Of a stretch of 64,000 bases of DNA, positions 13,101-27,700 are shown one piece after another. The notes beneath the pieces were generated by a model. That model had not been told where the DNA came from. It saw only the letters and a program-made list of their open reading frames with translations, and did no database searches. Each line of letters begins with the position of its first letter. The first letter of the stretch is position 1. This DNA is from Auanema rhodensis. Taxonomy: Eukaryota; Animalia; Nematoda. The DNA lies in contig OZ059899.1 of the NCBI GenBank assembly GCA_964057225.1, forward strand, positions 10,912,001 through 10,976,000, given 5' to 3'. Made by a program: the position numbers and the translations under genes.

Positions 13101-16100
13101 TTTTCAGACACATTAATACCTTTAACCATTCTTCTTATGAGTTTTGTAACGATAGATCGTAATAGGATATGAATTGCTATAATATGAAAAAATACAAGAC
13201 ATAGTCAACATTGATTTCCCCAAATAGTATCATGTTTGCTTGTTATTCAATTATAACACTTTTTTTTTGATTGTTTTCTTGAAATATTCTTTTTTTTCTT
13301 TAACAAAGTTATGACTGAGATCAAAATTCGAACTTACTTTTGAACAATTAAACAGAAATTTAAAAAATATTTGCCGCCAGCAGGGGTCGAACCTGCGACC
13401 TTGGGCTTATTAGACCCACGCTCTAACCGACTGAGCTATGGCGGCTACGAAAGTACGAAATTACAAAGCGCTGATTATAGGAAACGTGAATGAATGCAGA
13501 TATTCTCAATTCCGATTCATTAACTAGATCGTGGTCAGCATTTTACAACATTGATAAAATAGAAACTGAGAAAAAAACATCAACAAATGACACTATTAAC
13601 TTGGTTTTTTAACAGCTTTTTTATATTTCTTTTTTCACTATGAGAGAACTTATATTTATTGCTTTTTCAAAATTTTCCATTTTTAACATTATACATCTTG
13701 ACTATCACACATTGAGAACAACAGTTGGCAATGTTGGTTGTCACGTCATGTTTCATGCAGTTAGATTTTCAGACACATTAATACCTTTGACCATTCTTCT
13801 TATGAGTTTTGTAACGATAGATCGTAATAGGAAATGAATTGCTATAATATGAAAAAATACAAGACATAGTCAACATTGATTTCCGAAAATAGTATCATGT
13901 TTGCTTGTTATTCAATTAGAACACTTATTTTTTGATTGTTTTCTTGAAATATTCTTTTTTTTTCTTTAACAAAGTTATGACTGAGATCAAAATTTGAACT
14001 TACTTTTGAACAATTAAACAGAAATTTAAAAAATATTTGCCGCCAGCAGGGGTCGAACCGGCGACCTTGGGCTTATTAGACCCACGCTCTAACCGACTGA
14101 GCTATGGCGGCTACGAAAGTACGAAATAACAAAGCGCTGATTATAGGAAACGTGAATGAATGCAGATATTCTCAATTCCGATTCATTAACTAGATCGTGG
14201 TCAGCATTTTACAACATTGATAAAATAGAAACTGAGAAAAAACATCAACAAATGACACTATTAACTTGGTTTTTTGAACAGCTTTTTTATATTTCTTTTT
14301 TCACTATGAGAGAACTTATATTTATTGCTTTTTCAAAATTTTCCATTTTTAACATTATACATCTTGACTATCACACATTGAGAACAACAGTTGGCAATGT
14401 TGGTTGTCACGTCATGTTTCATGCAGTTAGATTTTCAGACACATTAATACCTTTGACCATTCTTCTTATGAGTTTTGTAACGATAGATCGTAATAGGAAA
14501 TGAATTGCTATAATATGAAAAAATACAAGACATAGTCAACATTGATTTCCCCAAATAGTATCATGTTTGCTTGTTATTCAATTAGAACACTTTTTTTTTG
14601 ATTGTTTTCTTGAAATATTCTTTTTTTTTCTTTAACAAAGTTATGACTGAGATCAAAATTTGAACTTACTTTTGAACAATTAAACAGAAATTTAAAAAAT
14701 ATTTGCCGCCAGCAGGGGTCGAACCTGCGACCTTGGGCTTATTAGACCCACGCTCTAACCGACCGAGCTATGGCGGCTACGAAAGTACGAAATAACAAAG
14801 CGCTGATTATAGGAAACGTGAATGAATGAGATATTCTCAATTCCGATTCATTAACTAGATCGTGGTCAGCATTTTACAACATTGATAAAATAGAAACTGA
14901 GAAAAAAACATCAACAAATGACACTATTAACTTGGTTTTTTTAACAGCTTTTTTATATTTCTTTTTTCACTATGAGAGAACTTATATTTATTGCTTTTTC
15001 AAAATTTTCCATTTTTAACATTATACATCTTGACTATCACACATTGAGAACAACAGTTGGCAATGTTGGTTGTCACGTCATGTTTCATGCAGTTAGATTT
15101 TCAGACACATTAATACCTTTGACCATTCTTCTTATGAGTTTTGTAACGATAGATCGTAATAGGAAATGAATTGCTATAATATGAAAAAATACAAGACATA
15201 GTCAACATTGATTTCCCCAAATAGTATCATGTTTGCTTGTTATTCAATTAGAACACTTATTTTTTGATTGTTTTCTTGAAATATTCTTTTTTTTTCTTTA
15301 ACAAAGTTATGACTGAGATCAAAATTTGAACTTACTTTTGAACAATTAAACAGAAATTTAAAAAATATTTGCCGCCAGCAGGGGTCGAACCTGCGACCTT
15401 GGGCTTATTAGACCCACGCTCTAACCGACTGAGCTATGGCGGCTACGAAAGTACGAAATAACAAAGCGCTGATTATAGGAAACGTGAATGAATGCAGATA
15501 TTCTCAATTCCGATTCATTAACTAGATCGTGGTCAGCATTTTACAACATTGATAAAATAGAAACTGAGAAAAAACATCAACAAATGACACTATTAACTTG
15601 GTTTTTTGAACAGCTTTTTTATATTTCTTTTTTCATTATGAGAGAACTCATATTTATTGCTTTTTCAAAATTTTCCATTTTTAACATTATACATCTTGAC
15701 TATCACACATTGAGAACAACAGTTGGCAATGTTGGTTGTCACGTCATATTTCATGCAGTTAGATTTTCAGACACATTAATACCTTTGACCATTCTTCTTA
15801 TGAGTTTTGTAACGATAGATCGTAATAGGAAATGAATTGCTATAATATGAAAAAATACAAGACATAGTCAACATTGATTTCCGAAAATAGTATCATGTTT
15901 GCTTGTTATTCAATTAGAACACTTATTTTTTGATTATTTTCTTGAAATATTCTTTTTTTTTCTTTAACAAAGTTATGACTGAGATCAAAATTTGAACTTA
16001 CTTTTGAACAATTAAACAGAAATTTAAAAAATATTTGCCGCCAGCAGGGGTCGAACCTGCGACCTTGGGCTTATTAGACCCACGCTCTAACCGACTGAGC

Positions 16101-18031
16101 TATGGCGGCTACGAAAGTACGAAATAACAAAGCGCTGATTATAGGAAACGTGAATGAATGCAGATATTCTCAATTCCGATTCATTAACTAGATCGTGGTC
16201 AGCATTTTACAACATTGATAAAATAGAAACTGAGAAAAAACATCAACAAATGACACTATTAACTTGGTTTTTTGAACAGCTTTTTTATATTTCTTTTTTC
16301 ACTATGAGAGAACTTATATTTATTGCTTTTTCAAAATTTTCCATTTTTAACATTATACATCTTGACTATCACACATTGAGAACAACAGTTGGCAATGTTG
16401 GTTGTCACGTCATATTTCATGCAGTTAGATTTTCAGACACATTAATACCTTTAACCATTCTTCTTATGAGTTTTGTAACGATAGATCGTAATAGGATATG
16501 AATTGCTATAATATGAAAAAATACAAGACATAGTCAACATTGATTTCCCCAAATAGTATCATGTTTGCTTGTTATTCAATTATAACACTTTTTTTTTGAT
16601 TGTTTTCTTGAAATATTCTTTTTTTTCTTTAACAAAGTTATGACTGAGATCAAAATTTGAACTTACTTTTGAACAATTAAACAGAAATTTAGAAAATATT
16701 TGCCGCCAGCAGGGGTCGAACCTGCGACCTTGGGCTTATTAGACCCACGCTCTAACCGACTGAGCTATGGCGGCTACGAAAGTACGAAATAACAAAGCGC
16801 TGATTATAGGAAACGTGAATGAATGCAGATATTCTCAATTCCGATTCATTAACTAGATCGTGGTCAGCATTTTACAACATTGATAAAATAGAAACTGAGA
16901 AAAAACATCAACAAATGACACTATTAACTTGGTTTTTTGAACAGCTTTTTTATATTTCTTTTTTCACTATTAGAGAACTTATATTTATTGCTTTTTCAAA
17001 ATTTTCCATTTTTAACATTATACATCTTGACTATCACACATTGAGAACAACAGTTGGCAATGTTGGTTGTCACGTCATATTTCATGCAGTTAGATTTTCA
17101 GACACATTAATACCTTTAACCATTCTTCTTATGAGTTTTGTAACGATAGATCGTAATAGGATATGAATTGCTATAATATGAAAAAATACAAGACATAGTC
17201 AACATTGATTTCCCCAAATAGTATCATGTTTGCTTGTTATTCAATTATAACACTTTTTTTTTGATTGTTTTCTTGAAATATTCTTTTTTTTCTTTAACAA
17301 AGTTATGACTGAGATCAAAATTCGAACTTACTTTTGAACAATTAAACAGAAATTTAAAAAATATTTGCCGCCAGCAGGGGTCGAACCTGCGACCTTGGGC
17401 TTATTAGACCCACGCTCTAACCGACTGAGCTATGGCGGCTACGAAAGTACGAAATTACAAAGCGCTGATTATAGGAAACGTGAATGAATGCAGATATTCT
17501 CAATTCCGATTCATTAACTAGATCGTGGTCAGCATTTTACAACATTGATAAAATAGAAACTGAGAAAAAAACATCAACAAATGACACTATTAACTTGGTT
17601 TTTTAACAGCTTTTTTATATTTCTTTTTTCACTATGAGAGAACTTATATTTATTGCTTTTTCAAAATTTTCCATTTTTAACATTATACATCTTGACTATC
17701 ACACATTGAGAACAACAGTTGGCAATGTTGGTTGTCACGTCATATTTCATGCAGTTAGATTTTCAGACACATTAATACCTTTAACCATTCTTCTTATGAG
17801 TTTTGTAACGATAGATCGTAATAGGAAATGAATTGCTATAATATGAAAAAATACAAGACATAGTCAACATTGATTTCCCCAAATAGTATCATGTTTGCTT
17901 GTTATTCAATTAGAACACTTTTTTTTTTGATTGTTTTCTTGAAATATTCTTTTTTTTCTTTAACAAAGTTATGACTGAGATCAAAATTTGAACTTACTTT
18001 TGAACAATTAAACAGAAATTTAAAAAATATT

Positions 18032-18105
18032 TGCCGCCAGCAAGGGTCGAATCTGCGACCTTGGGCTTATTAGACCCACGCTCTAACCGACTGAGCTATG
18101 GCGGC
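18032..18105 (-). pseudogene. tRNA-Ile(AAT) copy with a damaged T-arm/B box (G53>A, C62>T)
   Basis: caAgggtcgaaTctgc instead of caggggtcgaacctgc (changes at 18043 and 18052). Confidence 0.7.
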
Positions 18106-21100
18106 TACGAAAGTACGAAATAACAAAGCGCTGATTATAGGAAACGTGAATGAATGCAGATATTCTCAATTCCGATTCATTAACTAGATCGTGGTCAGCA
18201 TTTTACAACATTGATAAAATAGAAACTGAGAAAAAAACATCAACAAATGACACTATTAACTTGGTTTTTTTAACAGCTTTTTTATATTTCTTTTTTCACT
18301 ATGAGAGAACTTATATTTATTGCTTTTTCAAAATGTTCCATTTTTAACATTATACATCTTGACTATCACACATTGAGAACAACAGTTGGCAATGTTGGTT
18401 GTCACGTCATATTTCATGCAGTTAGATTTTCAGACACATTAATACCTTTAACCATTCTTCTTATGAGTTTTGTAACGATAGATCGTAATAGGATATGAAT
18501 TGCTATAATATGAAAAAATACAAGACATAGTCAACATTGATTTCCCCAAATAGTATCATGTTTGCTTGTTATTCAATTAGAACACTTTTTTTTTGATTGT
18601 TTTCTTGAAATATTCTTTTTTTTTCTTTAACAAAGTTATGACTGAGATCAAAATTTGAACTTACTTTTGAACAATTAAACAGAAATTTAGAAAATATTTG
18701 CCGCCAGCAGGGGTCGAACCTGCGACCTTGGGCTTATTAGACCCACGCTCTAACCGACTGAGCTATGGCGGCTACGAAAGTACGAAATAACAAAGCGCTG
18801 ATTATAGGAAACGTGAATGAATGCAGATATTCTCAATTCCGATTCATTAACTAGATCGTGGTCAGCATATTACAACATTGATAAAATAGAAACTGAGAAA
18901 AAAACATCAACAAATGACACTATTAACTTGGTTTTTTAACATCTTTTTTATATTTCTTTTTTCACTATGAGAGAACTTATATTTATTGCTTTTTCAAAAT
19001 TTTCCATTTTTAATATTATACATCTTGACTATCACACATTGAGAACAACAGTTGGCAATGTTGGTTGTCACGTCATATTTCATGCAGTTAGATTTTCAGA
19101 CACATTAATACCTTTAACCATTCTTCTTATGAGTTTTGTAACGATAGATCGTAATAGGATATGAATTGCTATAATATGAAAAAATACAAGACATAGTCAA
19201 CATTGATTTCCCCAAATAGTATCATGTTTGCTTGTTATTCAATTAGAACACTTATTTTTTGATTGTTTTCTTGAAATATTCTTTTTTTTTCTTTAACAAA
19301 GTTATGACTGAGATCAAAATTTGAACTTACTTTTGAACAATTAAACAGAAATTTAAAAAATATTTGCCGCCAGCAGGGGTCGAACCTGCGACCTTGGGCT
19401 TATTAGACCCACGCTCTAACCGACTGAGCTATGGCGGCTACGAAAGTACGATATAACAAAGCGCTGATTATAGGAAACGTGAATGAATGCAGATATTCTC
19501 AATTCCGATTCATTAACTAGATCGTGGTCAGCATTTTACAACATTGATAAAATAGAAACTGAGAAAAAAACATCAACAAATGACACTATTAACTTGGTTT
19601 TTTAACAGCTTTTTTATATTTCTTTTTTCACTATGAGAGAACTTATATTTATTGCTTTTTCAAAATTAACATTATACATCTTGACTATCACACATTGAGA
19701 ACAACAGTTGGCAATGTTGGTTGTCACGTCATGTTTCATGCAGTTAGATTTTCAGACACATTAATACCTTTGACCACTCTTCTTATGAGTTTTGTAACGA
19801 TAGATCGTAATAGGAAATGAATTGCTATGATATGAAAAAATACAAGACATAGTCAACATTGATTTCCCCAAATAGTATCATGTTTGCTTGTTATTCAATT
19901 AGAACACTTATTTTTTGATTGTTTTCTTGAAATATTCTTTTTTTTTCTTTAACAAAGTTATGACTGAGATCAAAATTTGAACTTACTTTTGAACAATTAA
20001 ACAGAAATTTAAAAAATATTTGCCGCCAGCAGGGGTCGAACCTGCGACCTTGGGCTTATTAGACCCACGCTCTAACCGACTGAGCTATGGCGGCTACGAA
20101 AGTACGATATAACAAAGCGCTGATTATAGGAAACGTGAATGAATGCAGATATTCTCAATTCCGATTCATTAACTAGATCGTGGTCAGCATTTTACAACAT
20201 TGATAAAATAGAAACTGAGAAAAAACATCAACAAATGACACTATTAACTTGGTTTTTTGAACAGCTTTTTTATATTTCTTTTTTCACTATGAGAGAACTT
20301 ATATTTATTGCTTTTTCAAAATTTTCCATTTTTAACATTATACATCTTGACTATCACACATTGAGAACAACAGTTGGCAATGTTGGTTGTCACGTCATAT
20401 TTCATGCAGTTAGATTTTCAGACACATTAATACCTTTGACCATTCTTCTTATGAGTTTTGTAACGATAGATCGTAATAGGAAATGAATTGCTATAATATG
20501 AAAAAATACAAGACATAGTCAACATTGATTTCCGAAAATAGTATCATGTTTGCTTGTTATTCAATTAGAACACTTATTTTTTGATTGTTTTTTTGAAATA
20601 TTCTTTTTTTTTCTTCAACAAAGTTATGACTGAGATCAAAATTTGAACTTACTTTTGAACAATTAAACAGAAATTTAAAAAATATTTGCCGCCAGCAGGG
20701 GTCGAACCTGCGACCTTGGGCTTATTAGACCCACGCTCTAACCGACTGAGCTATGGCGGCTACGAAAGTACGAAATAACAAAGCGCTGATTATAGGAAAC
20801 GTGAATGAATGCAGATATTCTCAATTCCGATTCATTAACTAGATCGTGGTCAGCATTTTACAACATTGATAAAATAGAAACTGAGAAAAAAACATCAACA
20901 AATGACACTATTAACTTGGTTTTTTTAACAGCTTTTTTATATTTCTTTTTTCACTATGAGAGAACTTATATTTATTGCTTTTTCAAAATTTTCCATTTTT
21001 AACATTATACATCTTGACTATCACACATTGAGAACAACAGTTGGCAATGTTGGTTGTCACGTCATGTTTCATGCAGTTAGATTTTCAGACACATTAATAC

Positions 21101-24100
21101 CTTTGACCATTCTTCTTATGAGTTTTGTAACGATAGATCGTAATAGGAAATGAATTGCTATAATATGAAAAAATACGAGACATAGTCAACATTGATTTCC
21201 CCAAATAGTATCATGTTTGCTTGTTATTCAATTAGAACACTTATTTTTTGATTGTTTTCTTGAAATATTCTTTTTTTTTCTTTAACAAAGTTATGACTGA
21301 GATCAAAATTTGAACTTACTTTTGAACAATTAAACAGAAATTTAAAAAATATTTGCCGCCAGCAGGGGTCGAACCTGCGACCTTGGGCTTATTAGACCCA
21401 CGCTCTAACCGACTGAGCTATGGCGGCTACGAAAGTACGATATAACAAAGCGCTGATTATAGGAAACGTGAATGAATGCAGATATTCTCAATTCCGATTC
21501 ATTAACTAGATCGTGGTCAGCATTTTACAACATTGATAAAATAGAAACTGAGAAAAAAACATCAACAAATAACACTATTAACTTGGTTTTTTAACAGCTT
21601 TTTTATATTTCTTTTTTCACTATGAGAGAACTTATATTTATTGCTTTTTCAAAATTTTCCATTTTTAACATTATACATCTTGACTATCACACATTGAGAA
21701 CAACAGTTGGCAATGTTGGTTGTCACGTCATATTTCATGCAGTTAGATTTTCAGACACATTAATACCTTTGACCATTCTTCTTATGAGTTTTGTAACAAT
21801 AGATCGTAATAGGAAATGAATTGCTATAATATGAAAAAATACAAGACATAGTCAACATTGATTTCCAAAAATAGTATCATGTTTGCTTGTTATTCAATTA
21901 GAACACTTATTTTTTGATTGTTTTCTTGAAATATTCTTTTTTTTTCTTTAACAAAGTTATGACTGAGATCAAAATTTGAACTTACTTTTGAACAATTAAA
22001 CAGAAATTTAAAAAATATTTGCCGCCAGCAGGGGTCGAACCTGCGACCTTGGGCTTATTAGACCCACGCTCTAACCGACCGAGCTATGGCGGCTACGAAA
22101 GTACGAAATAACAAAGCGCTGATTATAGGAAACGTGAATGAATGAGATATTCTCAATTCCGATTCATTAACTAGATCGTGGTCAGCATTTTACAACATTG
22201 ATAAAATAGAAACTGAGAAAAAAACATCAACAAATGACACTATTAACTTGGTTTTTTTAACAGCTTTTTTATATTTCTTTTTTCACTATGAGAGAACTTA
22301 TATTTATTGCTTTTTCAAAATTTTCCATTTTTAACATTATACATCTTGACTATCACACATTGAGAACAACAGTTGGCAATGTTGGTTGTCACGTCATGTT
22401 TCATGCAGTTAGATTTTCAGACACATTAATACCTTTGACCATTCTTCTTATGAGTTTTGTAACGATAGATCGTAATAGGAAATGAATTGCTATAATATGA
22501 AAAAATACAAGACATAGTCAACATTGATTTCCCCAAATAGTATCATGTTTGCTTGTTATTCAATTAGAACACTTATTTTTTGATTGTTTTCTTGAAATAT
22601 TCTTTTTTTTTCTTTAACAAAGTTATGACTGAGATCAAAATTTGAACTTACTTTTGAACAATTAAACAGAAATTTAAAAAATATTTGCCGCCAGCAGGGG
22701 TCGAACCTGCGACCTTGGGCTTATTAGACCCACGCTCTAACCGACTGAGCTATGGCGGCTACGAAAGTACGAAATAACAAAGCGCTGATTATAGGAAACG
22801 TGAATGAATGCAGATATTCTCAATTCCGATTCATTAACTAGATCGTGGTCAGCATTTTACAACATTGATAAAATAGAAACTGAGAAAAAACATCAACAAA
22901 TGACACTATTAACTTGGTTTTTTGAACAGCTTTTTTATATTTCTTTTTTCACTATGAGAGAACTCATATTTATTGCTTTTTCAAAATTTTCCATTTTTAA
23001 CATTATACATCTTGACTATCACACATTGAGAACAACAGTTGGCAATGTTGGTTGTCACGTCATATTTCATGCAGTTAGATTTTCAGACACATTAATACCT
23101 TTGACCATTCTTCTTATGAGTTTTGTAACGATAGATCGTAATAGGAAATGAATTGCTATAATATGAAAAAATACAAGACATAGTCAACATTGATTTCCGA
23201 AAATAGTATCATGTTTGCTTGTTATTCAATTAGAACACTTATTTTTTGATTGTTTTTTTGAAATATTCTTTTTTTTTCTTCAACAAAGTTATGACTGAGA
23301 TCAAAATTTGAACTTACTTTTGAACAATTAAACAGAAATTTAAAAAATATTTGCCGCCAGCAGGGGTCGAACCTGCGACCTTGGGCTTATTAGACCCACG
23401 CTCTAACCGACTGAGCTATGGCGGCTACGAAAGTACGAAATAACAAAGCGCTGATTATAGGAAACGTGAATGAATGCAGATATTCTCAATTCCGATTCAT
23501 TAACTAGTCGTGGTCAGCATTTTACAACATTGATAAAATAGAAACTGAGAAAAAAACATCAACAAATGACACTATTAACTTGGTTTTTTTAACAGCTTTT
23601 TTATATTTCTTTTTTCACTATGAGAGAACTTATATTTATTGCTTTTTCAAAATTTTCCATTTTTAACATTATACATCTTGACTATCACACATTGAGAACA
23701 ACAGTTGGCAATGTTGGTTGTCACGTCATGTTTCATGCAGTTAGATTTTCAGACACATTAATACCTTTGACCATTCTTCTTATGAGTTTTGTAACGATAG
23801 ATCGTAATAGGAAATGAATTGCTATAATATGAAAAAATACAAGACATAGTCAACATTGATTTCCCCAAATAGTATCATGTTTGCTTGTTATTCAATTAGA
23901 ACACTTATTTTTTGATTGTTTTCTTGAAATATTCTTTTTTTTTCTTTAACAAAGTTATGACTGAGATCAAAATTTGAACTTACTTTTGAACAATTAAACA
24001 GAAATTTAAAAAATATTTGCCGCCAGCAGGGGTCGAACCTGCGACCTTGGGCTTATTAGACCCACGCTCTAACCGACTGAACTATAGCGGCTACGAAAGT

Positions 24101-24682
24101 ACGAAATAACAAAGCGCTGATTATAGGAAACGTGAATGAATGCAGATATTCTCAATTCCGATTCATTAACTAGATCGTGGTCAGCATTTTACAACATTGA
24201 TAAAATAGAAACTGAGAAAAAAACATCAACAAATAACACTATTAACTTGGTTTTTTAACAGCTTTTTTATATTTCTTTTTTCACTATGAGAGAACTTATA
24301 TTTATTGCTTTTTCAAAATTTTCCATTTTTAACATTATACATCTTGACTATCACACATTGAGAACAACAGTTGGCAATGTTGGTTGTCACGTCATATTTC
24401 ATGCAGTTAGATTTTCAGACACATTAATACCTTTGACCATTCTTCTTATGAGTTTTGTAACAATAGATCGTAATAGGAAATGAATTGCTATAATATGAAA
24501 AAATACAAGACATAGTCAACATTGATTTCCAAAAATAGTATCATGTTTGTTTGTTATTCAATTAGAACACTTATTTTTTGATTGTTTTCTTGAAATATTC
24601 TTTTTTTTCTTTAACAAAGTTATGACTGAGATCAAAATTTGAACTTACTTTTGAACAATTAAACAGAAATTTAAAAAATATT

Positions 24683-24756
24683 TGCCGCCAGCAGGGGTCA
24701 AACCTGCGACCTTGGGCTTATTAGACCCACGCTCTAACCGACTGAGCTATGGCGGC
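24683..24756 (-). pseudogene. tRNA-Ile(AAT) copy with C56>T in the B box
   Basis: ggggtcAaacc at 24700, so GTTCGA becomes GTTTGA. Confidence 0.7.
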
Positions 24757-27700
24757 TACGAAAGTACGAAATAACAAAGCGCTGATTATAGGAAACGTGA
24801 ATGAATGCAGATATTCTCAATTCCGATTCATTAACTAGATCGTGGTCAGCATTTTACAACATTGATAAAATAGAAACTGAGAAAAAAACATCAACAAATG
24901 ACACTATTAACTTGGTTTTTTTAACAGCTTTTTTATATTTCTTTTTTCACTATGAGAGAACTTATATTTATTGCTTTTTCAAAATTTTCCATTTTTAACA
25001 TTATACATCTTGACTATCACACATTGAGAACAACAGTTGGCAATGTTGGTTGTCACGTCATGTTTCATGCAGTTAGATTTTCAGACACATTAATACCTTT
25101 GACCATTCTTCTTATGAGTTTTGTAACGATAGATCGTAATAGGAAATGAATTGCTATAATATGAAAAAATACAAGACATAGTCAACATTGATTTCCGAAA
25201 ATAGTATCATGTTTGCTTGTTATTCAATTAGAACACTTATTTTTTGATTATTTTCTTGAAATATTCTTTTTTTTTCTTTAACAAAGTTATGACTGAGATC
25301 AAAATTTGAACTTACTTTTGAACAATTAAACAGAAATTTAAAAAATATGTGCCGCCAGCAGGGGTCGAACCTGCGACCTTGGGCTTATTAGACCCACGCT
25401 CTAACCGACTGAGCTATGGCGGCTACGAAAGTACGAAATAACAAAGCGCTGATTATAGGAAACGTGAATGAATGCAGATATTCTCAATTCCGATTCATTA
25501 ACTAGATCGTGGTCAGCATTTTACAACATTGATAAAATAGAAACTGAGAAAAAAACATCAACAAATGACACTATTAACTTGGTTTTTTTAACAGCTTTTT
25601 TATATTTCTTTTTTCACTATGAGAGAACTTATATTTATTGCTTTTTCAAAATTTTCCATTTTTAACATTATACATCTTGACTATCACACATTGAGAACAA
25701 CAGTTGGCAATGTTGGTTGTCACGTCATGTTTCATGCAGTTAGATTTTCAGACACATTAATACCTTTGACCATTCTTCTTATGAGTTTTGTAACGATAGA
25801 TCGTAATAGGAAATGAATTGCTATAATATGAAAAAATACAAGACATAGTCAACATTGATTTCCGAAAATAGTATCATGTTTGCTTGTTATTCAATTAGAA
25901 CACTTATTTTTTGATTATTTTCTTGAAATATTCTTTTTTTTTCTTTAACAAAGTTATGACTGAGATCAAAATTTGAACTTACTTTTGAACAATTAAACAG
26001 AAATTTAAAAAATATTTGCCGCCAGCAGGGGTCGAACCTGCGACCTTGGGCTTATTAGACCCACGCTCTAACCGACTGAGCTATGGCGGCTACGAAAATA
26101 CGAAATAACAAAGCGCTGATTATAGGAAACGTGAATGAATGCAGATATTCTCAATTCCGATTCATTAACTAGATCGTGGTCAGCATTTTACAACATTGAT
26201 AAAATAGAAACTGAGAAAAAAACATCAACAAATAACACTATTAACTTGGTTTTTTAACAGCTTTTTTATATTTCTTTTTTCACTATGAGAGAACTTATAT
26301 TTATTGCTTTTTCAAAATTTTCCATTTTTAACATTATACATCTTGACTATCACACATTGAGAACAACAGTTGGCAATGTTGGTTGTCACGTCATATTTCA
26401 TGCAGTTAGATTTTCAGACACATTAATACCTTCGACCATTCTTCTTATGAGTTTTGTAACGATAGATCGTAATAGGAAATGAATTGCTATAATATGAAAA
26501 AATACAAGACATAGTCAACATTGATTTCCAAAAATAGTATCATGTTTGCTTGTTATTCAATTAGAACACTTATTTTATGATTGTTTTCTTGAAATATTCT
26601 TTTTTTTTTTTAACAAAGTTATGACTGAGATCAAAATTTGAACTTACTTTTGAACAATTAAACAGAAATTTAAAAAATATTTGCCGCCAGCAGGGGTCGA
26701 ACCTGCGACCTTGGGCTTATTAGACCCACGCTCTAACCGACTGAGCTATGGCGGCTACGAAAGTACGAAATAACAAAGCGCTGATTATAGGAAACGTGAA
26801 TGAATGCAGATATTCTCAATTCCGATTCATTAACTAGATCGTGGTCAGCATTTTACAACATTGATAAAATAGAAACTGAGAAAAAAACATCAACAAATAA
26901 CACTATTAACTTGGTTTTTTAACAGCTTTTTTATATTTCTTTTTTCACTATGAGAGAACTTATATTTATTGCTTTTTCAAAATTTTCCATTTTTAACATT
27001 ATACATCTTGACTATCACACATTGAGAACAACAGTTGGCAATGTTGGTTGTCACGTCATATTTCATGCAGTTAGATTTTCAGACACATTAATACCTTTGA
27101 CCATTCTTCTTATGAGTTTTGTAACAATAGATCGTAATAGGAAATGAATTGCTATAATATGAAAAAATACAAGACATAGTCAACATTGATTTCCAAAAAT
27201 AGTATCATGTTTGCTTGTTATTCAATTAGAACACTTATTTTTTGATTGTTTTCTTGAAATATTCTTTTTTTTTCTTTAACAAAGTTATGACTGAGATCAA
27301 AATTTGAACTTACTTTTGAACAATTAAACAGAAATTTAAAAAATATTTGCCGCCAGCAGGGGTCGAACCTGCGACCTTGGGCTTATTAGACCCACGCTCT
27401 AACCGACTGAGCTATGGCGGCTACGAAAGTACGAAATAACAAAGCGCTGATTATAGGAAACGTGAATGAATGCAGATATTCTCAATTCCGATTCATTAAC
27501 TAGATCGTGGTCAGCATTTTACAACATTGATAAAATAGAAACTGAGAAAAAAACATCAACAAATGACACTATTAACTTGGTTTCTTAACAGCTTTTTTAT
27601 ATTTCTTTTTTCACTATGAGAGAACTTATATTTATTGCTTTTTCAAAATTTTCCATTTTTAACATTATACATCTTGACTATCACACATTGAGAACAACAG

